DNA of 64,000 nucleotides from Methanobacteriota archaeon (GCA_004195715.1 PSPX01000002.1:29937-93936), one strand, 5' to 3'; counted from the first letter of the stretch, positions 37,333 through 47,245 are shown. Notes: generated by a model not told the origin, from the letters alone. Made by a program: numbers and translations.

Positions 37333-39459
37333 ATGGAACCTCTGATGATGCTCGTTCTGTTCGTCACGATTTTGGTTTGCGCATACCTTGCGTGGAATAT
37401 CGGTGCCAACGATGTCGCGAATGCGATGGGGACATCTGTCGGCTCTCGCGCGCTGACGCTTAAGCAAGCAGTAATCATCGCTGCCATCTTTGAGTTCATA
37501 GGTGCTTTTTTTGCTGGAGATGCAGTTACAGACACAGTTCGCAAGGGAATCTTAGTTGTTGATTTCGACAATCAGGTCCTAGTTGACGCGATTTCGAATG
37601 ACCTAATGTATGGTTTCATCGCTGCCATGATGGCAGCGGCGGTCTGGCTAACTATTGCCACAAGATACGGACTGCCGGTTTCGACAACTCACAGTATCAT
37701 CGGTGGAATCGTAGGTGTCGGGTTAGTCATGGAGGTTCAGCATGAAACCTCCCTCATCGACTGGGTGGTGGTTGAAAAGGTCGCTATGTCATGGGTTGCT
37801 AGCCCAGTGATGGGGGGTCTATTCGCATTCTTCACCTTCTGGGTCATCAGAGAGACTATTCTCGATACGTCTGATCCTGAGGCGCGCGCTCGCTGGATGG
37901 CACCGGTACTTTCTATCCCTACGTTCTTCGTGCTTGGCCTCGCACTGCAGTTCAAAGCTCTGAAGGGTTTCTTCGCAAATGCCCAGGAGAATGGCTGGAT
38001 TGAGAACAAGTACGACTGGTTGCCAGTCAAGGAGAATGGTTCTTGGAACCCGATGATGGATAATGCATGGTTCCCAATCAACAGCCTCATCCTAGCAGGA
38101 ATGGTTTCTATCATCGCTGCAGGGACTCTGGCCTACATCCTGAGGAACTACGACTTCAAGGGCGAGAAAGAGGGTTTTCATGGTGTTGAGAAGATATTTG
38201 TCTGGTTGCAAGTCATCGCCGCTGCCTACGTCGCCTTCGCTCACGGGGCAAATGACCGATCTAATGCTATAGGTCCTATGGCCGCTGTTTACCAAGTCCT
38301 TTCGAACGGTGGGCAACTTGAAGCGGTGGCTGATGTACCGACTTGGCTCGTTCTTCTGGGAAGCGTCGGGATAGCCGTCGGTGTGGTCACCTGGGGATGG
38401 AGAGTGATGGAAACGATAGGAAGCAAGATCACCGACATCACACCTACTCGTGGCTTCGCAGCGACATTTGGTGCTGCAACGACTGTCTTAATCTTCTCCA
38501 TGCCCTTCCTCGCTGTCCCAGTCTCTACCACCCACACTCTCGTAGGCGCAGTAGTTGGAGTAGGGCTAGCAGGGGGTGCAAAGGCCGTCGACTTCAGGGT
38601 CTTCGGCAAGATTATCGCCTCCTGGTTGGCGAGTCTTCCGGCTGCAGGATTTGGTTCGATAGTAATCTACGTAGCCATCAGTTCGGATCCCATCAAGATG
38701 CTCATCGTAATACCCATCGCACTCGCTATGGTGATCTATGTGATTTGGTCCACTCGTGACGGAGAGGTGTTTGTCGATGACGCCTTGGCCGATGCAGGAG
38801 GCGATGCAGAGAGGGGGGCTTCAACCTACTTCGAGTTGTTCCATACACACGCCGTGGCTGTCGAGGACACGGTCAACCACATGCTGGAAGCAGTGAACAA
38901 CGCAGCAGACGGAAAGGATCCGAGCGAAGCCATCGAGGCGACAATATCGGCCGAATTGAACGCTGACAATGTGAAGAATGATTTGAGAAAGAGGGTCGGT
39001 TCAGGCAAGTGGAATCTGCTAATGAGGTCTGATGATTTCTACCACATGCTAGCTCGCCAAGATCGCATTGCCGACTATGCCCAAAACGTCGCCGAACAAC
39101 TCTCCTTCAGACCTCTCTACGACAATGCGGAGGCCAAAACCCTGCTCAAGGAAATGGCACAAGCAGTCGCTAAGACCGCGGCTACTTACGAGGATGCTGT
39201 CGAAGCGCTGCGTGACCTGACGCTCTCCGGGTACACTAGAGCTGGCCGAGAGAAGTTGGGAGGGCTGATTGACGATGTCAATCTGGCTGAGCACGAGTCT
39301 GACTTGGTCGAGAGTCGGGCCGCTGGGTTCGTGTTCAGCATCGGCGAGGACGATCCACTGGCTGCTGTACACATGTACCGAGTCCTACAACGTCTCGACG
39401 ATGTATCCAATGCATGTGAGACTGCGGCAAACGCCTTCCTGCCGATAGTGTACAACTGA
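37333..39459 (+). CDS. pit: PiT family inorganic phosphate transporter fused to a DUF47/PhoU-like domain
   Basis: GANDVANAMGT, PVSTTHS, HGANDRSNAIGP, PVSTTHT; soluble C-terminus with ADNVK...QDRIADYAQ...EHESD...DDVSNACE. Confidence 0.88.
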   Translation: MEPLMMLVLFVTILVCAYLAWNIGANDVANAMGTSVGSRALTLKQAVIIAAIFEFIGAFFAGDAVTDTVRKGILVVDFDNQVLVDAISNDLMYGFIAAMMAAAVWLTIATRYGLPVSTTHSIIGGIVGVGLVMEVQHETSLIDWVVVEKVAMSWVASPVMGGLFAFFTFWVIRETILDTSDPEARARWMAPVLSIPTFFVLGLALQFKALKGFFANAQENGWIENKYDWLPVKENGSWNPMMDNAWFPINSLILAGMVSIIAAGTLAYILRNYDFKGEKEGFHGVEKIFVWLQVIAAAYVAFAHGANDRSNAIGPMAAVYQVLSNGGQLEAVADVPTWLVLLGSVGIAVGVVTWGWRVMETIGSKITDITPTRGFAATFGAATTVLIFSMPFLAVPVSTTHTLVGAVVGVGLAGGAKAVDFRVFGKIIASWLASLPAAGFGSIVIYVAISSDPIKMLIVIPIALAMVIYVIWSTRDGEVFVDDALADAGGDAERGASTYFELFHTHAVAVEDTVNHMLEAVNNAADGKDPSEAIEATISAELNADNVKNDLRKRVGSGKWNLLMRSDDFYHMLARQDRIADYAQNVAEQLSFRPLYDNAEAKTLLKEMAQAVAKTAATYEDAVEALRDLTLSGYTRAGREKLGGLIDDVNLAEHESDLVESRAAGFVFSIGEDDPLAAVHMYRVLQRLDDVSNACETAANAFLPIVYN

Positions 39460-40245
39460 TCAGGCCCATCCGGCGTCCTCTGCGATCTGCCCAGGTGACT
39501 GGCGCTCTGCGAGCCCCAGCGCATACTCGAACAGTTTCCACGCCAGCATGGCCGTGGCAAGTCCGGTTACCAGATCGAATAGATAGTGCTGCTTAGTCGT
39601 CAGAATACTCACGCACAGCAGCACATACTCAACCCATAACAAAACCAGAAAGGCCTTTGCGAGAGACTTTTCACCATGTTCTCGATTAACCCAGAAAGTT
39701 ATCACCCTAGCGAGCAGGTAAGAGTGGACTATGTGTAGACTCGGCCATGCGTTCCACGGGTTGTCGGAAAAGTGAATGAAACTAAACAGGGAGGCTTCGA
39801 GTCCACTTAGCGAGTCCAAATCAAGCTGGTCCCTTAGGTCGATCTCAGCCGGGAAGACAAGAAAGAAAAAGGTGCAGAAAAGAGTGATGAGAATGAGTCC
39901 TTGCATTGCCAGAATCAGTTCGGCCCTACCTCTATCGTCTCTAGGACTGATTACGAGCGTGGCAGGGTAGAACAGGTATAGCGCAGTATATGGGACAATC
40001 ATCCAGTTGACTACGGGAATCTCGCGGTCCAGCCAAATCTCCGGATCCCAAACCGTACTGAGGTAATGTTCTGCGATGTTGTTTGAGCCGAAGTAAGGAA
40101 CGGCAATGCAGAGTATGCCAAAGAGGAACATCTCGATTGGGAACCAGTACCCACCCATCATCTCACGGCGTGACCACGTCGAACGCCAGAACCCCCTCCA
40201 CGGCATCATAAGAGAGTGAATACGAGTTGGGTGCGACTCATCCAT
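39460..40245 (-). CDS. PAP2-superfamily membrane enzyme (AUR1/IPC-synthase-like)
   Basis: About 6 TM; NAWPSLH and KQHYLFDLVTG catalytic-type motifs. Confidence 0.75.
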   Translation of the reverse strand: MDESHPTRIHSLMMPWRGFWRSTWSRREMMGGYWFPIEMFLFGILCIAVPYFGSNNIAEHYLSTVWDPEIWLDREIPVVNWMIVPYTALYLFYPATLVISPRDDRGRAELILAMQGLILITLFCTFFFLVFPAEIDLRDQLDLDSLSGLEASLFSFIHFSDNPWNAWPSLHIVHSYLLARVITFWVNREHGEKSLAKAFLVLLWVEYVLLCVSILTTKQHYLFDLVTGLATAMLAWKLFEYALGLAERQSPGQIAEDAGWA

Positions 40246-40274
40246 GGGGCCCCGATGCGAGTCCGGCAAATGAA

Positions 40275-41750
40275 TCACTCGACTTTGTCTGGCAGAGCGT
40301 ATGAGCCTGCCATCGTTACTGCGGCCGAGCCGAAGATGGCTGAGACGAATGGCCATAAGTTCGTCAGGCCACCATCGGATGCAGGTATTGCGCCCCCTGT
40401 TGGATGAATCAAGTACATGTAAAACTGGGAGTCCACGGGAGGTTCAATAATCCCGTACGCTGCTACCGATACCAGACCCGCCAAGCATCCGAGTAAGGCA
40501 CCCCTCGATGACACCCCTCCCCAGAGGGTCAATAGAATCGGGGCAACCGTTGCTGCGGCTAGCATGTCTGCGAACAGAAAGATTCCGAATACACTCCAGG
40601 CATTGAACTGGAATCCGAATATTGTAGGCCCTGTTGCAAGATAGATTGCCAGCGGAATCATAGTCACTGTGACGATTCGCGAATATACGATGCTCATCCC
40701 TCCGTCCGTAATGTCCCTGGACACAGACGCTACTATGGCGTTCTGCAGTGTGTCGGTGCTCGAACATACCAGTGAGACTACCAGAACAATGAAGGCGGCT
40801 ACAATCAAACTGCTAGTGCCATCAACTAGGTAGAAGAAAGCAATGGATGGATCAGACACACCCCCCTGGCCAGCAGCCACAGTACCTAGGACACCCATCA
40901 CGAAAACTAGGGGGAAGACCATGCCCGCAGCTAGGAGAGCCCCCTTCTGTAGGGCTTCGTCATCCTCTGAGGCGTAGGCTCGCTGCCAATTACCCTGGGA
41001 GAACATCTCTGCGGCGGTAATGGCGACTACCAAGGCCAGTCCCGATTTTAAGGAGCCCATGTAGCTCATGCTACCGTGAGACCAAGTCGCGTCGAACCCA
41101 TCTGGATTGTAGGCCTTGGCGTCATCAATCAACTGCCCCATGTCGGCTCCGAACAAGAAGAGTAGTAGAGTTGTGACGAGCAGGCCGATGGCCAAGGCCT
41201 GAACCCTGTCAGTGGCCAAAGAGGCGGGCAAACCACCGTACGCGGTGTAGGCTGCAGTGATGACCCCGACCAGAACCATTGGGATTAGAGGCTTGATGCT
41301 TACCAATTCATCCATTACCTTGCCGATGGCGGTGAATTCTGCGAATAGGAAGGTGAACATGTAGAGAATAGAAATCAGACCCACATAGATCTGCATCCTT
41401 CTTCCCAAACGTAATCTGACATAGTCTGCCAAGGTGACTCCGTCTGGTAGGCTGTCTCTAATCTTAGGTCCCACATAAGCAAGAAGTAGGAACGGTGTCG
41501 AGGAGGAGACTGCGTACCCCATCACGTCCCAGAAGCCGCCGTAGTATGCGACCTCTGAAGGCCCCAGTAACACCCAGACTCCCATTCCAGAAGCGAAGAG
41601 GCTCAGGCCGATTCTCTGCCATCCCTGAGTGCCTCGGGCTGAAAGATAGGTATCATCATCGATCTCATATTCCGTTGCAGCCTTGTAGCCGACATAGGCG
41701 AAAATGCCAAGAGTTCCTAGCAGCAGTGTGTAGGAAAATAGTGTGTCCAT
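40275..41750 (-). CDS. Sodium:solute symporter (PutP-like)
   Basis: About 13 TM; YLSARG, YTAYGGLPASLATD, QGNWQRAYA, SSTDT; coupled to pruA. Confidence 0.85.
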   Translation of the reverse strand: MDTLFSYTLLLGTLGIFAYVGYKAATEYEIDDDTYLSARGTQGWQRIGLSLFASGMGVWVLLGPSEVAYYGGFWDVMGYAVSSSTPFLLLAYVGPKIRDSLPDGVTLADYVRLRLGRRMQIYVGLISILYMFTFLFAEFTAIGKVMDELVSIKPLIPMVLVGVITAAYTAYGGLPASLATDRVQALAIGLLVTTLLLFLFGADMGQLIDDAKAYNPDGFDATWSHGSMSYMGSLKSGLALVVAITAAEMFSQGNWQRAYASEDDEALQKGALLAAGMVFPLVFVMGVLGTVAAGQGGVSDPSIAFFYLVDGTSSLIVAAFIVLVVSLVCSSTDTLQNAIVASVSRDITDGGMSIVYSRIVTVTMIPLAIYLATGPTIFGFQFNAWSVFGIFLFADMLAAATVAPILLTLWGGVSSRGALLGCLAGLVSVAAYGIIEPPVDSQFYMYLIHPTGGAIPASDGGLTNLWPFVSAIFGSAAVTMAGSYALPDKVE

Positions 41751-43369
41751 CAATCCTCACCCATGAACGGGTAACTCCAGTCCTGTGGGATGTCGATTGC
41801 CCGCTTTACTGAGCGCGGGCTAATCCAGCGGAGCAGGTTCAGAGGCCCGCCTGCCTTGTCATTGGTGCCGCTGGCCCGTGCCCCGCCGAACGGCTGCTGG
41901 CCGACGACTGCCCCGGTCGGCTTGTCGTTGATGTAGAAGTTCCCGGCTGTGAAGCGAAGAGCGTTGAACGCCTTCTGTATGTTGGACTCGTCACTGGAGA
42001 AAATCGAGCCAGTGAGGGCGTACGGGGATGCCTCGTCGCACATCTTCAGGACGTTGTCGAAGTCATCGTCGTCGTACACGAACACGGTGAGTACCGGTCC
42101 GAATATCTCCTCGACCATGGTCTCCGAGGCCGGATTGGTGGTGACGATGATTGTTGGCTCAATGAACCATCCCGTGCTGTCATCCGAGCCGCCTCCGACG
42201 ATAATCTGGCAGCAGTCGCGACCCTCGGCGCGCTCGATGTAGCCTGTAATCTTGTCAAAGGCCCGCTGGTCTATCACAGCGGTCATGAAGTTCGTGAAAT
42301 CTCTCGCATCGCCTATCTTAATCTTGCCAATCTCTGCACACAGGTCATCCGAGATGGCATTCCAGACGGATTGTGGGATGTATGCGCGACTGGCTGCGCT
42401 GCACTTCTGTCCCTGGAACTCGAAAGCCCCGCGTAGAAGCGCGACAAGTAGACCCTGGCGGTCACAGTCGGAGTGAGCGACAACGAAGTCCTTACCCCCA
42501 GTCTCGCCGACTATCCGAGGGTATGACCGAAGATTGGGCAGGGCTAGACCAATTTCTTGCCACAGTCCCTGGAAGGTGGCAGTCGATCCGGTGAAATGAA
42601 GTCCGGCGAAATCCGGATTTGCCAGAGCGATTTCGGTGATTTCGGCGCCCGATCCGGGCAGGAAGTTGATGACTCCGGCCGGCAGGCCTGCCTCCATCAT
42701 CAGCTGCATCAGGACGTAGTTTGAGTGGTATGAATTCCGGCTTGGTTTCCATACTGCGGTGCAGCCAACTATCGCTGGCGCACTGGGTAGATTTCCAGCG
42801 ATGCTGGTGAAATTGAAGGGTGTGATTGCAAGAACGAAGCCTTCGAGAGGTCTAATCTCAGTCGAGTTCTGGACGCCCTCAGGAGAGATGAGTGGCTGGA
42901 AATCATCGTGGAAGCTGCGCGCGTAGTGGCAGTTGAAGCGCCAGAAGTCGATGAGTTCGCAAGCCGCGTCTACCTCTGCTTGGAAGGCTGTCTTGGACTG
43001 GTTTAGCATCGTCGCTGCGTTGACTCTCATGCGCCAGTCGCCTGCCAGTAATTCTGCACAGCGCTCGTACACGGCACAACGGCCCTCAAGTCCGAGTTCA
43101 ATCCAGTCCTGTTGGGCCTGTACTGCCGCGTCGCAGGCGGCTTCCATCTCGGCCCTTCCTGCCAGATGCACATTTGCGATGATGTGCCCGTGATCATGAG
43201 GGATGACCTGAGTGGCGGTGACCTCGGTGTAGACCTCCTCGCCATTGATGATGCATGGTATCTCAATAACCTCGCTCATCTGCCGGTCCATCTCTGCATG
43301 TAGCAGTGCCCTCTCCTCGGAGCCGGGGGCGTATCCGAGAATCGGTTCGTTATCGGGATGTCCCGCCAT
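41750..43369 (-). CDS. pruA: L-glutamate gamma-semialdehyde (P5C) dehydrogenase
   Basis: AEVDAACELIDF, RPLEGFV, PFNFT, GETGGKDF, FEFQGQKCSA, QPFGG...SGTNDK. Confidence 0.93.
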   Translation of the reverse strand: MAGHPDNEPILGYAPGSEERALLHAEMDRQMSEVIEIPCIINGEEVYTEVTATQVIPHDHGHIIANVHLAGRAEMEAACDAAVQAQQDWIELGLEGRCAVYERCAELLAGDWRMRVNAATMLNQSKTAFQAEVDAACELIDFWRFNCHYARSFHDDFQPLISPEGVQNSTEIRPLEGFVLAITPFNFTSIAGNLPSAPAIVGCTAVWKPSRNSYHSNYVLMQLMMEAGLPAGVINFLPGSGAEITEIALANPDFAGLHFTGSTATFQGLWQEIGLALPNLRSYPRIVGETGGKDFVVAHSDCDRQGLLVALLRGAFEFQGQKCSAASRAYIPQSVWNAISDDLCAEIGKIKIGDARDFTNFMTAVIDQRAFDKITGYIERAEGRDCCQIIVGGGSDDSTGWFIEPTIIVTTNPASETMVEEIFGPVLTVFVYDDDDFDNVLKMCDEASPYALTGSIFSSDESNIQKAFNALRFTAGNFYINDKPTGAVVGQQPFGGARASGTNDKAGGPLNLLRWISPRSVKRAIDIPQDWSYPFMGED

Positions 43370-43587
43370 GGCTGCGGGTCAATCAAGTTGGCTTTGATGA
43401 TTGCGAATCCCACTCTAAGATTCCATCTAACATTGTTACGATTAAGAATTCAGAAGAATCCTAAGATTTTTTCTCCCACCAATTCTTTTTCCCCTTCCAA
43501 AGGAGAATAAGAACAGCCCCATCAATATTGAACCGATTCGATTTAGTTCAGTCCCTCCAACCATGGAAAATCACTTGTTACGATTCA
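43370..43587. other. AT-rich intergenic region with direct and inverted repeats
   Basis: TTGTTACGATT at 43433 and 43575; CTAAGATT at 43415 and 43461; palindrome TCAATATTGA at 43522-43531; visibly the most AT-rich stretch of the window. Confidence 0.6.
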
Positions 43588-43875
43588 CTATGTCCACTCG
43601 GTCGGCTCGTCCTTCTTTGCCTTCTTCCATGACCTGTAGCACGACTTGCATACTGTGACTCGCTTCGAGTCCTTGGTGAGTCCTGACTCACCCCAGACGT
43701 CAACTGCTCTGTCGAAGGCTAATTTTCGACCGCCGACCTTCTTGTCTGACCAGTTTTCGCATCCTGCAACATCGCACTTGATTTCGCCTACGTATTCCTC
43801 GTCTTCCTTCTTCCCAGTGCCAGCGGCGGCTGACGCTGTATTACGCCTCTTACGTGCGTTGGCCTTGAATCCCAT
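43588..43875 (-). CDS. Small basic putative zinc-binding protein
   Basis: CDVAGC and VCKSCY pairs; K/R-rich ends; fills the gap after purA. Confidence 0.6.
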   Translation of the reverse strand: MGFKANARKRRNTASAAAGTGKKEDEEYVGEIKCDVAGCENWSDKKVGGRKLAFDRAVDVWGESGLTKDSKRVTVCKSCYRSWKKAKKDEPTEWT

Positions 43876-43899
43876 ACGGCGCACGCCAAAGTGGACTGA

Positions 43900-45246
43900 T
43901 TAGAAGGTTGCCTCATCCGCAGGGAAGTCGAACGGGCCTCCTCTGCTAGCGACCGATGCGCGACGATCGGGGCCGACTCCAACACTGACGATGGGGACTC
44001 CTACTAGGTACTCAATCCGCGCGATGTACTTCTTGATGACTTCTGGGAAGGTGTCGAATCCAGTGCCCTCTGACCTAGAAGCGTCGGCCATAGCGATCCA
44101 CTCATCCATAGAAATCGCTGGGAATCCTGGATGAGTCTCGTATATCGGAGTGCATCTCGCAAGGTCTTCGCTGGTGGTCGGCATAACATGGAGTGTCCTG
44201 CCGTCCAGCTCGTAGCCAATGCATATCCTCAGTTCGTCAAGCCCCCCGAGTACGTCCAACTTAGTGACCACCAAGCCGGTGTAGCCATTGATACGATTGC
44301 TCTCACGCAGTGCCACCATGTCCAGCCACCCGGTACGCCTCGGTCGGCCTGTGGTGGTTCCGTACTCGTTGCCCACCTGCGCCATGTGCATTCCGGGGCC
44401 CCCTTCCAGAGAGAGTTCAGAAGGGAACGGCCCGTTGCCAACCCTCGTCGTATAGGCCTTGGTGATTCCGAAGCACTGGTCTACATGCCCGGGGTGGATT
44501 CCCGCACCGTGAGTGGCGTTGGCTCTGCTGGTCACCGACGAGGTAACGAAGGGGTAAGTGCCCTGATCTATGTCAAGCATAGCTCCCTGAGCTCCCTCTA
44601 GCAGTACCCTCTCTCCGTTCCTCAGGGCCATGTCAATCATCAGTCCAGTTGGCCTAATTGCATCCGAATAGCGCTCGAGTATCCACTTGAGGTCTGACTG
44701 CAGGGCATCAACCTCAATGCCATCGCTCACCCCTACTGTCTCGAGTTGCTTACTCATCCGTTCTGCCTGAGTTTGAATTGCCTCTTCGTTGGCTACCAGA
44801 TTAGCGAGGTCGGCGAATCTGATACCTACTCTCTCTATGCGGTCTCGATAGGTCGGGCCGATGCCACGGCCGGTCGTGCCAACGACGCGATCCGCGCTGT
44901 CGTACAGCCTGTGGAAGGGGAGGATGATTGAGGCTCTCTCACTGATGAACAACCGCTTGCCCTCGGGCCTCTCGCCAGTTAGGTCGTGCCACTTGTCGAG
45001 TTCTTCCTCGAGGACCCAGGGGTCGATGACCATGCCATCACCAAGGACGAGATTGCAGTGCTCGTAAGAAACTCCCGAGGGTATCTGATGGAGTTTGAGA
45101 GTGGTGTCGCCATGTACGATTGTGTGGCCGGCATTGTTGCCTCCTTGGAAGCGGACGGTCCACGTCGAATGGTTGGCTAGTTGATCTATGGCCTTGCCTT
45201 TGCCCTCATCACCCCACTGGGCTCCAAGTACGACGCTAGCAGGCAC
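43900..45246 (-). CDS. purA: Adenylosuccinate synthetase (long form)
   Basis: GAQWGDEGKGK, GGNNAGHT, GTTGRGIGP, EGAQG, TTGRPRRTGW. Confidence 0.96.
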   Translation of the reverse strand: MPASVVLGAQWGDEGKGKAIDQLANHSTWTVRFQGGNNAGHTIVHGDTTLKLHQIPSGVSYEHCNLVLGDGMVIDPWVLEEELDKWHDLTGERPEGKRLFISERASIILPFHRLYDSADRVVGTTGRGIGPTYRDRIERVGIRFADLANLVANEEAIQTQAERMSKQLETVGVSDGIEVDALQSDLKWILERYSDAIRPTGLMIDMALRNGERVLLEGAQGAMLDIDQGTYPFVTSSVTSRANATHGAGIHPGHVDQCFGITKAYTTRVGNGPFPSELSLEGGPGMHMAQVGNEYGTTTGRPRRTGWLDMVALRESNRINGYTGLVVTKLDVLGGLDELRICIGYELDGRTLHVMPTTSEDLARCTPIYETHPGFPAISMDEWIAMADASRSEGTGFDTFPEVIKKYIARIEYLVGVPIVSVGVGPDRRASVASRGGPFDFPADEATF

Positions 45247-45362
45247 CGTAGCCTCGGGCAGTATGAACTGCGGATGAATGCTTTGGCGGGAAGCAATCCG
45301 CATATCTCAGAGATTTGACGGTGGGAAGCGATTATGAAGGGTTGTCAGGTCGGCCGAACTGC

Positions 45363-45518
45363 ATGGCTCAGAGACACCCCGAGGCAGAGGCTCGTCTGCT
45401 CAAGAAGTGGATATGTATGCGTTGCTCTGCAACCCACAGGGGGCGCAAGCCGAGAGCATGTCGTAAGTGCAAATACACGGGCCTGAGAATGAAGGCTTCC
45501 GAGCGCAGGAAGACATGA
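45363..45518 (+). CDS. rpl40e: 50S ribosomal protein L40e
   Basis: [15 protein letters not shown]...[12 protein letters not shown]. Confidence 0.92.
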   Translation: MAQRHPEAEARLLKKWICMRCSATHRGRKPRACRKCKYTGLRMKASERRKT

Positions 45519-46135
45519 GCATGAGTGTCGGGTCTGCAGGACTCGAAGGCTTTGCTCTGAGTCTAGGACTCATACTCGCTCTCGGTCCACAAAACGTGTT
45601 CGTCCTCCGGCAGGGCCTACTGCGCTCGCATGTCTTCGCCGTATGCTTGGTCTGCTCTCTTGCCGATGCCAGTCTGATAGCAGCGGGAGTGCTCGGAATG
45701 GGCTCAGTGCTATCGGATATCGAGGGAGCAGAGATTTGGATTGCCGTTGCTGCGGCAGTGTTCCTAACTGGATATGGTCTGCTGCGTATCAGGTCTGCGA
45801 TGAGCCCGGTTGGAATGTCTGCAGAGGGCGAGGGAGAAAGCGAACTTGGGCCAACTATAGGGGCAGCTCTTGCATTTACCTTTCTCAACCCACACGTCTA
45901 CATCGACACGCTGCTTCTAATCGGAGGCGCATCAAGCAGGTACTTCGGCGATGACCGTTTGGCGTTCGGAATAGGTGCTGCTACTGCCTCGTTCGTGTTC
46001 TTCTTCTCTCTCGGTTACGGCGCCAAGAGTCTCTCCGGCGTTCTGAACAAGCCGGAGTCTTGGAGGACCATAGATTTCGGAATTGCCTGCATAATGTTCG
46101 TGATTGCAGGAGCGATTCTGCTGCCGTACCTATGA
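45515..46135 (+). CDS. LysE/ArgO family amino-acid exporter
   Basis: [27 protein letters not shown]; ATGA overlap with the rpl40e stop. Confidence 0.88.
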   Translation: MSMSVGSAGLEGFALSLGLILALGPQNVFVLRQGLLRSHVFAVCLVCSLADASLIAAGVLGMGSVLSDIEGAEIWIAVAAAVFLTGYGLLRIRSAMSPVGMSAEGEGESELGPTIGAALAFTFLNPHVYIDTLLLIGGASSRYFGDDRLAFGIGAATASFVFFFSLGYGAKSLSGVLNKPESWRTIDFGIACIMFVIAGAILLPYL

Positions 46136-47245
46136 GAGTAGATGCTTGAGCGCATCGAGTAGGGACTGCACATCTGCCTGTGAATTATCAATGTGAGGAG
46201 ATACTCTAAGCAGTCCGGCCCGGCTAGTTACCAAGATGGAGTATTCGTCCTGAAGCCTGCGGGATATCTCCTCGCTGCTGACTCCCTCCGGGAGCCTCAG
46301 ACTGACAATGGCGCTGCGCTCTGAATCCGAGAGCGGCGAGGCCACCTCGATACCGAGGAGACGTGCACCATCGACGACCGAGTCGGCAAGTGTTAGGTCA
46401 TGTTTCCAAACCTCTTCAATCCCTATCTCGTTAATCTCCTCCACTGCAGCGGCAAGTCCGAGCGCTGCGCCGAAGTGGATTGTGGTGTACTCGAATCGAC
46501 TGGCATCCTTTGGCAGCTCCATGCGGTCGGCCCTGAGATCCCAAATGTCAACGTGACTTCGGAATCCCAGTAGGCCGGGATTCAGGTCGTCCCTGATTTC
46601 TGGTGAAATGTAAGCGACTGCGGCGCCGTAGGTACCACGCAGCCATTTGTACCCAGAGGACACTATGGCATCGGCCCCCGACAAGACGGCATTGATTGGT
46701 ACCATTCCCATCGACTGGGTCGCGTCAACTACCAGCAACGCTCCCACCGAATGTGCTGCATCTGCAAACCTCCTGAGATCGTAACGCTGACCATTGGAGT
46801 ACTCGACATGGGACAAAGTGACCACTGAGGTGGTATCGTCTATCAAATCCAAGATGCTGTCTGGATTAGTATAGAGTGCCTCGTCATGATCTGCGAGTCT
46901 TATTTCCGCCCCGTTTGCCTCAGCCACCCTGCTCCAAGGGTAAACCGTGGATGGGAACGCGGTTCTGGTGGATACGATGTTGCTACCTCTTGGAGGGGAA
47001 ACTGCCCATGCCAGAGAACATAGCAGTTCGGTCGCGCTCGAGCCCACACAAACATCTGCGACCTCGCTGGAAAGCAGTCTCGCAGCGGCTCTGCGCAAGG
47101 GCATCATTCCGTTCTTCTCCGCCTCTCCACCGAATTCTGCCGCACCGCCGCGCGCAAGAGCATCGGACCATTCCATGGAGGCCTTGTGTGCCGCGGGCGA
47201 GGTAGTCGCCACATTGGCGTAAGAGAGATTTGTCCAATTCTTCAT
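46130..47245 (-). CDS. Class V PLP-dependent enzyme (cysteine desulfurase/epimerase-like), substrate unknown
   Basis: YANVATT, VVDATQSMG, SSGYKWL (PLP Lys), LRVSPH. Confidence 0.8.
   Translation of the reverse strand: MKNWTNLSYANVATTSPAAHKASMEWSDALARGGAAEFGGEAEKNGMMPLRRAAARLLSSEVADVCVGSSATELLCSLAWAVSPPRGSNIVSTRTAFPSTVYPWSRVAEANGAEIRLADHDEALYTNPDSILDLIDDTTSVVTLSHVEYSNGQRYDLRRFADAAHSVGALLVVDATQSMGMVPINAVLSGADAIVSSGYKWLRGTYGAAVAYISPEIRDDLNPGLLGFRSHVDIWDLRADRMELPKDASRFEYTTIHFGAALGLAAAVEEINEIGIEEVWKHDLTLADSVVDGARLLGIEVASPLSDSERSAIVSLRLPEGVSSEEISRRLQDEYSILVTSRAGLLRVSPHIDNSQADVQSLLDALKHLLS

Noticed and set aside
37333-41750. Apparently more T-rich segment suggesting horizontal transfer
   Set aside because: All three genes encode membrane proteins whose hydrophobic codons are T-rich. 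GC3 or tetranucleotide analysis would be needed and was not done.
46130-47245. Class V enzyme as kynureninase
   Set aside because: Tempting given the ALDH8 gene, but only generic fold-type I motifs are visible and kynureninase-specific motifs could not be confirmed.
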